A stretch of 64,000 nt of DNA from an uncultured Chloroflexia bacterium (GTDB lineage Bacteria; Chloroflexota; Limnocylindria; Limnocylindrales; CSP1-4): assembly GCA_963768655.1 (NCBI GenBank), contig CAVYIM010000004.1, positions 480,001 through 544,000 of the forward strand, written 5' to 3'. The notes beneath the pieces were generated by a model. The model did not search any database and was not told the DNA's origin. It saw nothing but the letters and a program-made list of their open reading frames with translations. Below are positions 19,692 through 29,638 of the stretch, piece by piece; position 1 is the first letter of the stretch, and each line of letters begins with the position of its first letter. Made by a program: the position numbers and the translations under genes.

Positions 19692-20579
19692 TTATCCCAG
19701 ACCGCGGCCGGCGGACGGCCGCTCGCGTTGCCGCAGGGCCACCAGCCGCCACGCCGCCAGCACCAGCGGCGGGCCCATGACGAGCGGGCCGACGACGGCC
19801 ACGCCGGCCGGCTCCACGCCGGAGAGCAGGTCCGACACGAGCATCAGGCCGTAGGCGGCGACCGGCAGGGCCGCGGCGCCCGCGCCCAGGGGACCGGCGG
19901 CGCCCGCGCCCACGAGATCGGCGGCGCCGAGAGAACCGGACGCCGCCGGCGCCGTCCGCTGTTCGATGGCCCGGTACGCCAGGTAAACGGTGAAGGTCGT
20001 CAGCAGCCAGCCGAAGAAGTTCTGGATCGGGATGCCGAAGTACGGGCCGCCGTTCTCCCAGATCCACGCCCGCGCCGACGGCCCCGACAAGATCGGATCG
20101 ACCACGAAATCCCACGCCGTCATGACCGCGGCGCTCACCGCGGCCAGGCGCAACAGCCACGTCGCCCCCGCCCGCGTCCCCGTCGCGTGTCCGCCCAGAA
20201 CCAGGTTCGCGATCACGTAGCTCGGATAGATCATCATGAACCAGGCCAGCGGGATCAGGTACGGGACGTTGCCGAGCTTCGGACCGAGATAGTCGGTGTA
20301 GTGGTAGGTGCCGAAGATCAGGCCGGTCGCCACGCCCACCTGCTCGTACGCCCAGGAGACGACGGCGCTCAGGCCGAAGAAGACGAGCGTCAGCCGCCCA
20401 CCGATCGAATACCAGGCGTGCGTCAGGCTGAATAGCGCCAGGATCGAAGTCAGGAGGGTCAGCTCGTCCGGGAGCTTGGGCAGCCGAATGAGGCCGATCA
20501 CGAGCAGGCGGACAACGCCGTCGTAGGCGAAGATCGCCAGCAGCACACAGGCGGCGACCAGAAGGATCCGGGTCCGCAT
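19692..20579 (-). CDS. Carotenoid biosynthesis protein (CruF-like hydratase)
   Basis: E.VGVATGLIFGTYHYTD.LGPKL.NVP..IPLAW, WDFVVDP, WIW..GGPYFGIPIQNFFGW. Confidence 0.85.
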   Translation of the reverse strand: MRTRILLVAACVLLAIFAYDGVVRLLVIGLIRLPKLPDELTLLTSILALFSLTHAWYSIGGRLTLVFFGLSAVVSWAYEQVGVATGLIFGTYHYTDYLGPKLGNVPYLIPLAWFMMIYPSYVIANLVLGGHATGTRAGATWLLRLAAVSAAVMTAWDFVVDPILSGPSARAWIWENGGPYFGIPIQNFFGWLLTTFTVYLAYRAIEQRTAPAASGSLGAADLVGAGAAGPLGAGAAALPVAAYGLMLVSDLLSGVEPAGVAVVGPLVMGPPLVLAAWRLVALRQRERPSAGRGLG

Positions 20580-20826
20580 CGCTCCTCCGGGCTCGAATTT
20601 GCGCTCAGCGCGGAGGCACGATACAGCGCCCCGCCCGGATTGGTGGCTTGAGGTCGGGTGTAAGGTGATTTGGGCTAGCGGTTCGGTTGGGTTTGGGTCG
20701 TTGGTGGGACCCCCCATGACCACGGTCCTATTGAACGGGGAGTTTCCCGGGCCAACCTTGACGCATCATGATTCGCCCAGCTTCTGTCGCGTCGCGATTT
20801 CCGTTTGCCCTTGGGGGAGGCCGTAA

Positions 20827-21975
20827 ATGAGCACCGCCCAGGAGGCGCCAGCCCTAATCCAGTACGCATGCGAGCGCTGCAAGACGCGGTTCGTCCTGCC
20901 GCCGTCTCGGCGTCGCCTGGGGTTCGGCGGCCGCCTCCACGCCTCCGGCATGGCGCTGAGCCGCAGTCTCCGCTACCACGAAGGGCTGGGCTCCAGCTAC
21001 GACGGCGCTCGCCGGCAGCTGCTGGCCAAGATGGACGACGACGCCTACCAGTCCTTCGTCCAGAGCTTCAAGTTCTGCCACGAATGCCGGCAGTTCGTCT
21101 GCTCTGAGTGCTGGAGCAACTCGCGCAAGACCTGCCTGGGTTGCTTCGCCAAGGCCGCGGGCACGGCCAACAGGCAGCGACCGCCATTCGCGCCCGAGGG
21201 CCCTTCGATCCCGCGGCCCGCCGCTGGGGCAGCCGCTGCCGGGACGGCCGCGGCTTTCAGCGCTGTTGCGGGGAGGACATCCGCCGCCACTCCTGCCGCG
21301 GGCAGAAACTCCGCGTTTACGCCCGCCGCCGGCAGAAACGCCGCCGTTACGGCGCCTCCCGCCCGGCGCCGCCGGCTCCGCACCGACGCCAGCCTGCTGG
21401 TCATGGGCGCGGCCGTCATCCTGCTGGCGGTGGAATTGGTCTTCATCCTGCCGGGCATCAGGGGCGGCAACTCCGGGGCCGGACCGACCGACCTCGCCGT
21501 GGTCAGCCCGACGGTCGCGTCGACTGGCACACCGGCGAGCGCGCCCACGCCGTCGGCCGTGATCGTGCCAACTGCCACGCCCACCGCTACGCCCACTCCG
21601 ACGCCGACTCCGACGCCCACACCGACGGCCACTCCCACTGAGACCCCTAGCCCGACCGCCTCGCCGACGCCCGTGGTGACGCCAAAGCCCACGGCGGCGC
21701 CAAAGCCCACGGCGGCGCCGAAGCCCTTCAAGACCCCGACGGTCAGCGGCAGTTCCACCGCGAGTTCGGTCACGTGCCGCTGGACCAACTACGACAGCCG
21801 CGCGTCGAGCGTTGCCTGGACGCTTTCGACCCCCACCAGCGGGCATCTCTACAGTACCAAGAAGGCCGGATCGGTTACTTGGACGATAACAGACCCGGGT
21901 ACTTTCGGCTGCCAAGTGTCGGCCACGTACGGAGGCAAGGTGTACACGTCGGATGTGGCGTCGGTCGCGCAGTGA
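20827..21975 (+). CDS. Membrane protein with N-terminal Cys-rich zinc-binding domain and Pro/Thr stalk
   Basis: CERC..CHEC..CSEC..CLGC, TM helix, (TP)n linker, small beta-rich end; RBS GGAGG. Confidence 0.8.
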   Translation: MSTAQEAPALIQYACERCKTRFVLPPSRRRLGFGGRLHASGMALSRSLRYHEGLGSSYDGARRQLLAKMDDDAYQSFVQSFKFCHECRQFVCSECWSNSRKTCLGCFAKAAGTANRQRPPFAPEGPSIPRPAAGAAAAGTAAAFSAVAGRTSAATPAAGRNSAFTPAAGRNAAVTAPPARRRRLRTDASLLVMGAAVILLAVELVFILPGIRGGNSGAGPTDLAVVSPTVASTGTPASAPTPSAVIVPTATPTATPTPTPTPTPTPTATPTETPSPTASPTPVVTPKPTAAPKPTAAPKPFKTPTVSGSSTASSVTCRWTNYDSRASSVAWTLSTPTSGHLYSTKKAGSVTWTITDPGTFGCQVSATYGGKVYTSDVASVAQ

Positions 21976-22151
21976 CGTTCCGATCTCCCGCCCGGCCCCT
22001 GGAATAGGCCGCTACCTGCCGATCGCCGGAGAGTAGCTGCGCAAAGAGCCGTGACAGCTCCCGCACGGCCACGCCCTCCCGTGCCGCGCCGGCGCTGCCG
22101 ATACGTCCACCAGCCGACTCGACGCCGAGCCGCGCAGCGGAGGGCATCGAG

Positions 22152-22310
22152 ATGCCAATCGCCTGGGATCCGGCGACCATGTCGAGCGGGGACCCGACCG
22201 TCGACCAGCAGCGTCGCCAGGTCATCGAGTGGCTGAACGACCTGTTCGCGGCGATGTCCGCGGAGCGGGCCGGGGCGGAGGTCGGGGCCGTCCTGGCCAG
22301 GCTGGACACC
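22152..22310 (+). pseudogene. Truncated bacteriohemerythrin
   Basis: MPIAWDPATMSSGDPTVDQQRRQVIEWLNDLFAAM matches a hemerythrin N-terminus; first His lost and remainder absent. Confidence 0.6.
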
Positions 22311-22432
22311 CGGAGCGATCCCGCCGAGCCTGTCGCTCTCCTATCCGGCGTAACTCCCACCTGGGGCAGGTCCGACCAGACACCGGGCGTCACGACCGGT
22401 GCTGCACTCACGCCGGGCAGGCGGAACGCGGC

Positions 22433-23941
22433 TCAGCCGTTCGGGGAGTAGATCGTCAGGCACGCCGCGATGACGCAGCGCTGCTCTGTCCGGCGGTAGC
22501 CGGCTGGGAGCGACGGGGGAGTGGCGCCCGGGTCGGCGACGAAGAAGACCGTGCCGCCGGCCGCGGCCACCTCGGCGGGCACGGCGTGGACGACGGCGTC
22601 GGGCGGGTAGGCGGCCGTGCCGAAATACCAGGGCGGGTCCGACGCGGCCAGGACGTGGAGGTCGGCGCGAACCGTCGGGCCGGCTTCTGCGAGCAGCACC
22701 AGATAGTGGTCCGGGTCGGCGGCGACGAGATCGTGTGAACCGGCGCGCGACTCTATCTCCGGCAGCAGCGAAGTGGTTTCGGGGTGGGTGATGACCGTGC
22801 CGAGGGCGAGCGAGGGCACCGCGACGGCGACCACCAGCGCGGCGGCGAGACGGCCAGGGACTGCGGCCAGCCCGACTCCTCCGAGGGCGAAGAGCGGCAG
22901 CCACATGACCCCGGCGTAGCGCGCCTCGAGGATCGGCTGCCACACGCTCACGACCGCAAGGACGACGACGCCGCCGCAGGCGAGCAGCAGGAAGACGGCC
23001 GCGCGGCGGGCTTCGGGTTCGAGCCGGCGCCAGCGCCAGGGGGCGGAAGCCACGCCGGCCAGGGCGACGGCGGCGAGCGCGACCGAGCCGGCGGCGACGG
23101 CGACGACCTGCAGCGCCAGCAGCACGTCGCGGGCGGGCACTCCCGATCCGACGGCCGGGCCGGCGAACAGCTGGCCGAATGTGCCGGCGACCGACTCCGG
23201 GCTGAGCGGCGGAATCCAGAACGCCTGCCCGGCGTGGCCGAGCTGGGCGCCGGCGAAGAAGAGCCACGGACCGATGCTGACGAACGCGATCGCTGTGGCG
23301 GCGCCGGCGGCGGCCAGCGCGCGGCGGCCCGGCCGGAGCCAGGCCATGGCGGCGAGCACGCCGAGCAGCGCAACCGCGGCGAAGTAGTCGGTCCAGACGG
23401 CCGCGGCCGCGGTGGCGCAGTACGCGACCCACAGCCGGGCGCGCGGCCTCTGGACCGCCTGCCACACGATCAGCGTCGCGGCGACGACCAGCGCTCCCGC
23501 CGCCGAGTACATTCGGGCGTTTTCGGAGGCAATGACCGTGGCCGGCAGGACCGCCCCGAACGCCGCGGCCCACAGTCCGGCGGCATCGCCGGCGACCCGA
23601 CGGGCCAGCGCGCCCAGCAGCGGGATCAGCGCGATCCCCGCCAGGGCGGGCACGAGCCGCAACGCCGCGGGACTGGCGTCGACCTGCGCGACGAGCCACT
23701 CCAGCACGTAGAAGAGCGGCGGCGCGCTGTCGCGGCTCACGATCCCGAGCATGTCGCCCAGCGGCCGGCCAACCGCCGCAGCCGTGAAGTCCTCGTCGAT
23801 GCCGAGCGGTTGTCGGGCCAACAGCGCCAGCCGCAGCACCGCGCCGGCGGCCGTGATCGCCGCCAGCGCCTGGTCGTAGCGGGGCCGGCCGAGGCGCGCC
23901 GCAAGCCGGACGCCGAGCGCCTCGACCCGGCCGGCGCTCAC
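22433..23941 (-). CDS. GT-C glycosyltransferase family 39 (PMT/ArnT-like)
   Basis: LGIDEDFT, DSAPPLFY, SENARMYS; polytopic. Confidence 0.85.
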   Translation of the reverse strand: MSAGRVEALGVRLAARLGRPRYDQALAAITAAGAVLRLALLARQPLGIDEDFTAAAVGRPLGDMLGIVSRDSAPPLFYVLEWLVAQVDASPAALRLVPALAGIALIPLLGALARRVAGDAAGLWAAAFGAVLPATVIASENARMYSAAGALVVAATLIVWQAVQRPRARLWVAYCATAAAAVWTDYFAAVALLGVLAAMAWLRPGRRALAAAGAATAIAFVSIGPWLFFAGAQLGHAGQAFWIPPLSPESVAGTFGQLFAGPAVGSGVPARDVLLALQVVAVAAGSVALAAVALAGVASAPWRWRRLEPEARRAAVFLLLACGGVVVLAVVSVWQPILEARYAGVMWLPLFALGGVGLAAVPGRLAAALVVAVAVPSLALGTVITHPETTSLLPEIESRAGSHDLVAADPDHYLVLLAEAGPTVRADLHVLAASDPPWYFGTAAYPPDAVVHAVPAEVAAAGGTVFFVADPGATPPSLPAGYRRTEQRCVIAACLTIYSPNG

Positions 23942-25485
23942 GGCGTCGCCGCCCAGACGACCGGCTTTCCGGCAGGATCCCAGGCTACCGGCTGCGCCCC
24001 GGCGGCGGCCGCAGGCCCCAGGGTCGATGCCAGATCCTCGAGGCTGAGCGCCAGGTAGATGGGATGCGCCGAGGGATCGGCCACCGTCGACCCGGGCGCG
24101 TAGATCGTCACCGGCTCGGAGGCGTCCAGGAATTCGACGTCCATCGCCGAATAGTCGTCCAGGATGACCGCCGTGCCCGGATGATCGGCGGCATATGAGG
24201 CCAGCGAGACGATCGGATAGCTAAAGGCCGCATAGCGGTCGGCTACCGGCCTGGTGAGGTACGCCCACCCGCTCCAGGCGGCGACCGCGGTCAAGGTCAC
24301 CGCCACGACGGCCATCGCCAGCCAGCACGCCCCGCGGCTCCCGCGCCGGCGCACCTGCTCCACGATCTCGGCGGCTCCGAGTCCGATCGCGACACCAAGG
24401 GGCGCCGCCAGACCGAGCGCCCGCAGGAAATGGGGAGAGCCGCCTTCGACGGCTACGAGCGGCGCGAGCAGGAAGACGGGCAGTGCCAGCAGGATCAGGG
24501 AGTGGCTCGGGTCGCGGCGCATCCGCCACAGCCGGGCCAGTCCGGCGGCCGCCACGACGGTGAGTGGCAGCGGCAGCAGCGGCAACCCCGCCACGTCGTG
24601 GCGCGCATTGGGGTCGCCCGTCAGCCCGAACATCGCCACCGTCCGCAGCACGTGCACGATCGGGTTCGAGTCCGCATTCACGTCCGGGTTCAGGGCACTG
24701 GTCGCCGCCGCGCGGCCGAAGTAGTTGCTCGGGTTCGTGACCGCCACGGCGATCATCGGCGCCGCCACGACCAGGAACGCCGCCGCGAACGGCACGATGC
24801 CGGCGCGCAGGCGCTCGTACGTGGGGCGGTCGGCGTGCCGTAGCCACACCAGCCACACGACCACGAGCACCGGCAGCAGCTTGAGCGGCTGGTACGTGTA
24901 CATCGCCGCGAGCGACGTCACCGCCCCGGCCAGGATCGCCATCCCGCGGCCCGGCCGCGTTGCCCAGTGAAGGAGCGCGATCAACGCCAGCGCCCCGAAG
25001 AACGGCACGATCATGTTGCGCATGCCGTCGCGGCTGACGCATACGAGCCAGAGCGAGCCCGCTGCCCAGGCCGCCGCCACGATCCCGATCCAGACCCCGA
25101 AGCGCCGCGCCAGGTGGCCGATCGCCAGCACGCCCGCGACACCGAACGCAGCCGCGGTCGCACGCAGCGCCAGCGCGCTCGCCCCGGCGAAGTTGAAGAC
25201 GCCGGCCACGACGTATGCGAAGAGCGCCTCTCGGCCGCCGTCGCTGGTAAACCAGACTCCGAAGTCGGCGTGGAAGCCGGGCTGGTGGAGCAGGCGCCAG
25301 GCGTCGAGCCCTTCGGCCGCCTCGTCGCCGTACAGTCCGCCGGGGTTGCCGGCGAGGTCGTAGAAGCGCAGGAAGATCGCGGCGGCGGCGATCGCGGTGA
25401 GAGCGGCGATGGCCGCCAGGGACGCCGGCGTCAGGAGCTGCCGCGCGCTCGCCTTCATCCGCGCCGCGAGTGCGCTCGAGAGCAT
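23938..25485 (-). CDS. GT-C glycosyltransferase family 39 (PMT/ArnT-like)
   Basis: LRFYDL..PGGLYGDEA..G.DA, GRE.LF.Y, SRDGMR, YTY; ATG overlaps upstream TGA. Confidence 0.85.
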   Translation of the reverse strand: MLSSALAARMKASARQLLTPASLAAIAALTAIAAAAIFLRFYDLAGNPGGLYGDEAAEGLDAWRLLHQPGFHADFGVWFTSDGGREALFAYVVAGVFNFAGASALALRATAAAFGVAGVLAIGHLARRFGVWIGIVAAAWAAGSLWLVCVSRDGMRNMIVPFFGALALIALLHWATRPGRGMAILAGAVTSLAAMYTYQPLKLLPVLVVVWLVWLRHADRPTYERLRAGIVPFAAAFLVVAAPMIAVAVTNPSNYFGRAAATSALNPDVNADSNPIVHVLRTVAMFGLTGDPNARHDVAGLPLLPLPLTVVAAAGLARLWRMRRDPSHSLILLALPVFLLAPLVAVEGGSPHFLRALGLAAPLGVAIGLGAAEIVEQVRRRGSRGACWLAMAVVAVTLTAVAAWSGWAYLTRPVADRYAAFSYPIVSLASYAADHPGTAVILDDYSAMDVEFLDASEPVTIYAPGSTVADPSAHPIYLALSLEDLASTLGPAAAAGAQPVAWDPAGKPVVWAATP

Positions 25486-26477
25486 CAGCCCCGCGCCGCC
25501 TGCGCCAGGCGATGCATCTTGCGCTCGACCTGGATCGTCTCGCCGTTTTCGTGGCCGTTGAACGGGTAGACCGCGATCTCCTTTGGTCCGGCGTAGTGGT
25601 TGTACGCGGCGAAGACCGTCGAGGGCGGGCAGACGGTGTCCATCAGGGCCACTGCGAACAAAGCCGGCGTCTTCGCTCGGGCGGCGAAGTTGAGCCCGTC
25701 GAAGTACGAGAGCGTCTCGAAGACTCGCTCCTCCTGGTCGCGGTGGACCTTGCAGTAGCGAACGATCTCGTGGTACGGGTCGCCGTCGGTGATCTCCGTG
25801 GCGCGACGCCAGTGGCACATGAACGGCACGTCGGTCAGGGTCAGCAGCAGATCCGGCATCAAGCCGGCCGCGGCCAGGGCCAGCCCGCCGCCCTGGCTGC
25901 CGCCGTTGACGGCCACGCGCGCCGGATCGACCAGCGGATTGGCCCGCGCCGCTTCCACGGCCCGAACGGCGTCGGTGATGAGCCGCCGGTAGTAGTAGGT
26001 GTCGGGGTCGAGGATGCCGCGCGTGGCGAAGCCCGGGTACTGGCCGGTGGCCGCGCCGGATTCCGGGTCCGGTGTGTCGCCGGCGCGCCACGAGCTGCCC
26101 TGGCCGCGGACGTCCATGACGAGATGCGTGTAGCCGGCGCTCGGCGGCAGGAGCCAGTCGATCGGCCGGCCGCGGCCACCGCCGTAGCCGATGTACTCGA
26201 CCACGCACGGCAGCCGGCCGTTCCGGGCGAAGGGCGAGCCGGCCACGTCGCGGGGCGCCAGGAACCAGCCCTTTATCGGTTGCCCGCCGAAGCCGGCGAA
26301 TGCTACGTCCCAGACGTCGATCGTCGTCAGCCCGGCGTCGAACGGCACGAAGACCGGCGCCAGCGGGTGCGCTCGGGCGTCGGCGAGAGTGCCGGCCCAG
26401 AAGGTGTCGAAGTCGGCGGGCTCCTCGCGCTCGGGCTTGTACACCCGCAGCTCGGCCAGGGGTAGATCGAACAGCAT
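25485..26477 (-). CDS. Acetylxylan esterase / cephalosporin-C deacetylase (CE7)
   Basis: [46 protein letters not shown]. Confidence 0.92.
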   Translation of the reverse strand: MLFDLPLAELRVYKPEREEPADFDTFWAGTLADARAHPLAPVFVPFDAGLTTIDVWDVAFAGFGGQPIKGWFLAPRDVAGSPFARNGRLPCVVEYIGYGGGRGRPIDWLLPPSAGYTHLVMDVRGQGSSWRAGDTPDPESGAATGQYPGFATRGILDPDTYYYRRLITDAVRAVEAARANPLVDPARVAVNGGSQGGGLALAAAGLMPDLLLTLTDVPFMCHWRRATEITDGDPYHEIVRYCKVHRDQEERVFETLSYFDGLNFAARAKTPALFAVALMDTVCPPSTVFAAYNHYAGPKEIAVYPFNGHENGETIQVERKMHRLAQAARG

Positions 26478-26543
26478 GCCTCGTCCTCCCGCCGAATTCG
26501 GCAGCGCGTCCGCTCGGCCGCCTCGACGGCCAAGTCTAGCGCC

Positions 26544-26650
26544 GCCCCGCCCAGCGCCGCGCCGGCTCGCCCCGCGCCGGCTCGCCCCGCCCAGCGCCAC
26601 CCGGCCCCGCCCAGCGCCGCGCCGGCTCGCCCCGCGCCGGCTCGCCCCGC
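26544..26650. repeat. GC-rich intergenic tandem repeat
   Basis: 47-nt block 26544-26590 repeated exactly at 26604-26650, built from ~15-nt units. Confidence 0.8.
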
Positions 26651-26895
26651 GTAATCCCCCACCATCGCCCGGGGCGATGCTAAGCGAGGTTCCTGCCAGC
26701 TCCTCCGGCTCGAGGCGCTGCTCGGGGCGTAGTGCGGGCCAGGTTCACGCACCGCAAGCGTGCCTCGGGTCGGCGCAAGGAGCCGGCCCGCCTTCTGCCG
26801 AGGCCGGACAGAGCGCGGTCGTGCCGTAGCATTGCCCGGGGTGATATTGGGTGAGGGAGCCGCGCCGCCCGGCTCGCCCGGGAGTCGCGGCAGTC

Positions 26896-28482
26896 CTACT
26901 GCACCCGCGCTTCGTGGCCCTTCCAGAACGGCTCGCGCAGCTCGGCCTTGAGGATCTTGCCGGTGCCGCCTTTGGGCAGAGCGTCGCGGAAGTGGATGTC
27001 GCGCGGGACCTTGAAGCGGGCGAGCTGCTGCTTGCAGTGGTCGCGCAGCTCCTTCACGGTGGCGGTGGCACCGGGCTTGAGCACGACGAGAGCGACAGGC
27101 GCCTCTCCGAGCGCCTTGTCCGGCGCGGAGACGACGGCGCATTCGAGCACGGCCGGGTGGGCCAGGATGGCGTTCTCGACTTCGACCGAAGAAATGTTCT
27201 CGCCGCCCCGGATGATGATGTCCTTGGAGCGGTCCTTGATCAGGACGTAGCCCTGTTCGTCGATGACGGCCATGTCGCCGGTGTACAGCCAGCCGTCGCG
27301 GATCGTGGCTTCCGTGGCCTCGGGGTCTTTGAAGTAGCAGTCCATGACGACGTTCGAGCGGACGACGATCTCGCCGATCTGCTCGCCGTCGGGGCGGACG
27401 TCGCGGCCGTCGGAGTGCAGGACCCGGATCTGCACACCCGGGAGCGGCCAGCCGGTCCAGGCCTGGCGTTCCTGGCGCTTCTCCGGCGGCTCGGATTCGG
27501 TGAGGAACGTCCGCGGCTGAGCGATCGTGAGAATGGGCGACGTCTCCGAGAGCCCGTAGCCGACGATCGCCTGGCAGCCAAAGACTTCCTCGAGGTTGCG
27601 GATCAGCGTCGGCGACGACGGCGCGCCGCCGGCGATCAGCTGGCGCAGGCTCGACAGGTCGTACTTGGTGCGGTCCGGGTGGTTGAGGACGGCGTTGAAG
27701 ATCCCCGGCACCGCCAGGACGCGGGTCACTTTGTGGCGCTCGATCGCCTGCATGAACGCCACCGGCTCGAACTTGCGCAACATGACGTGCTGGCCGCCGA
27801 CCATGGTCAGGAAGTGCGGCGTGCCCCAGCCGTTGACGTGGAAGAGCGGGACGACGTGGAGGACGACATCGTCCTGCGTGAACCCGAGGCCGATCTCCGC
27901 GTACATGCCGTGTAGATACAGCTCCCTGTGGGTCATCGAGACGCCCTTGGGGAAGCCGGTCGTGCCGCTGGTGTAGAAGAGCTCGGCGACACCGTTTTCG
28001 TCGATCTCGGGCGTGAGCGCATCGGGCGATCCGCCGGACAGGAATGCCTCGTATTCCTCGGAGGCCAGGCCGTCGGACGCGCCTTCCATGATCACGAAGC
28101 GAGGCTTGAGCGTCAGCTCGGCGGCCAGCACCTCGACCAGGGGCTTGAAGTCCTTGTGGAAGAAAAGGACCTTCGAGCCGGCGTGGCCGACGATGTAGGC
28201 GATCTCCCTGGGCGTCAGGCGGATGTTGATCGGGTTCAGCACCGCGCCGGCTTCGAGGACGCCGTAGTAGGCCTCGAGCAGCTGGTGGGTGTTGTAGGTC
28301 AGGAACGAGACCCGATCGCCGGGCTCGATCCCCGCCGCCACCAGGGCGTTGGCGAGTCGGTGCGTCCGCTCGCCGAACTGCCGGTAGGTGAAGCGTTTCT
28401 CCCCGTCGACGACCCCGACCTTTTCACCGAAATAGGCTTCCGCCCGGTCGCGGAATTCCAGCACCGAAAGGGGAACGAACAC
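26896..28482 (-). CDS. Long-chain fatty-acid--CoA ligase
   Basis: YTSGTTGFPKG, GYGLSET, GWLYTGD, DRSKDIIIRGGENISS, LPKGGTGKI; RBS GGAGG before GTG. Confidence 0.93.
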   Translation of the reverse strand: MFVPLSVLEFRDRAEAYFGEKVGVVDGEKRFTYRQFGERTHRLANALVAAGIEPGDRVSFLTYNTHQLLEAYYGVLEAGAVLNPINIRLTPREIAYIVGHAGSKVLFFHKDFKPLVEVLAAELTLKPRFVIMEGASDGLASEEYEAFLSGGSPDALTPEIDENGVAELFYTSGTTGFPKGVSMTHRELYLHGMYAEIGLGFTQDDVVLHVVPLFHVNGWGTPHFLTMVGGQHVMLRKFEPVAFMQAIERHKVTRVLAVPGIFNAVLNHPDRTKYDLSSLRQLIAGGAPSSPTLIRNLEEVFGCQAIVGYGLSETSPILTIAQPRTFLTESEPPEKRQERQAWTGWPLPGVQIRVLHSDGRDVRPDGEQIGEIVVRSNVVMDCYFKDPEATEATIRDGWLYTGDMAVIDEQGYVLIKDRSKDIIIRGGENISSVEVENAILAHPAVLECAVVSAPDKALGEAPVALVVLKPGATATVKELRDHCKQQLARFKVPRDIHFRDALPKGGTGKILKAELREPFWKGHEARVQ

Positions 28483-28672
28483 CAAAGACCTCCTCGTCGA
28501 TCTGGCCGCGGCGGCGTCTCGTGCGACGGCGGGAACGCCCACGTGACGCGGGACAAGATACCTGTCCGGAGCGGTCCATGAGAGGGTTTCGTGCGGGGGC
28601 GCGTCCGGTCGCCGGTGGGCGCGCGTCCGGTCGAAGGTGCGTGCGCGTCCGGTCGACCGGGCCCCGCTCGCG

Positions 28673-29482
28673 TCAGCGGGCGGGCGTCGCGCGCTCGGTT
28701 CGGGTGTCGAGCGCAGCCGCGACGAAATCGCCCCAGATCCCGTCGAGCTCCCCCGGCGTCGATTCGGTTCGCTCGGGATGGCACTGCAGGCCGGCGATCC
28801 ACCGGCCCCCGCGGCTTTCCAGCCCCTCGACCAGGCGCCCGGCCTCGCTGTATGCCCAGGCGCTCGGCCGAAGAGCCGGCGCCAGCTCGTCCAGGCAGAT
28901 GGCCTGGTGGTGGAAGGTGTTGACCTGAAGCTGCAGGGCGGCGTCCTCGGGATCCTCCGCGGCCAGACCGTCGGGGGAAGCGCCCGCCACCGCGCGACCC
29001 AGTCGGCTGCCCGGTTCGATCTCCAGGTCGTGAGTGTGGGCCGGCCCCTGCCCGTACGGCGTTCCGGCGTGGTCGGGCACGTCCTGGACCAGCTTTCCGC
29101 CGCAGAAGACGTTGATGGCCTGGAAGCCGCGACAGATGCCGAACACGGGCAGCGAACGGCGTTCGGCTGCGCGCCAGGCGGCCAATTCGAGGTCGTCGCG
29201 GGCCCGGTCGACATCACGGGCGTCGCCCGCCGTCTCCCCGTACATGGCCGGATCGATATCGGCACCGCCTGCCAGCAGCAGCCCATCCATCGCGTCGAGG
29301 AGGCGATCGCGTTCCGCGGGCGCTGTGCCCGTGTGGAGCAGCGCCGGCGTGCCGTGGTGGCGGGCTATCGCGGCCGCATAGAGCTCGTTCTTGTGAGCGG
29401 CCAGGTCCGGGTCGTCCGAGCGGCTCGGATCGGCCACGGTGATGACGATTAGGGGCGGCGCGGCTGCGGCACGATCTGGCAT
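28673..29482 (-). CDS. Gamma-glutamyl-gamma-aminobutyrate hydrolase family (peptidase C26)
   Basis: GGADIDP, FGICRGFQ, VNTFHHQA, QCHPE. Confidence 0.9.
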   Translation of the reverse strand: MPDRAAAAPPLIVITVADPSRSDDPDLAAHKNELYAAAIARHHGTPALLHTGTAPAERDRLLDAMDGLLLAGGADIDPAMYGETAGDARDVDRARDDLELAAWRAAERRSLPVFGICRGFQAINVFCGGKLVQDVPDHAGTPYGQGPAHTHDLEIEPGSRLGRAVAGASPDGLAAEDPEDAALQLQVNTFHHQAICLDELAPALRPSAWAYSEAGRLVEGLESRGGRWIAGLQCHPERTESTPGELDGIWGDFVAAALDTRTERATPAR

Positions 29483-29592
29483 GCCACGGAGGATACAGCG
29501 ACGGCGCCCCGCCCGGCCGCAGGCCGGGTCTGTGCCGCAGGCCGGATCTGTGCCTCGCGTGCGGCAAGTGCGTGCGGCAAGTCGGGGATGGA

Positions 29593-29627
29593 TGGCAGGG
29601 CCGCTTGGGGGGAAAGCGGCCCTGCCA
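29593..29627 (-). terminator. 14-bp hairpin just downstream of the MCP stop
   Basis: TGGCAGGGCCGCTT-N7-AAGCGGCCCTGCCA; no U-tract. Confidence 0.55.
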
Positions 29628-29638
29628 CGAGCGGAGCG

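Noticed and set aside
20770-20815. GGGCAAAC on minus strand suggesting a c-di-GMP-I riboswitch
   Set aside because: No GAAA-capped P2 or GACGCAAAGC element follows
21570-21730. Short tandem repeats as possible CRISPR array
   Set aside because: They encode Pro/Thr linkers; no repeat-spacer array or cas genes anywhere in the window
26723-26790. CGGGGCGTAG.. resembling a tRNA-Pro 5' end with two hairpins
   Set aside because: No TTC T-loop, no valid anticodon loop, no 3' acceptor strand
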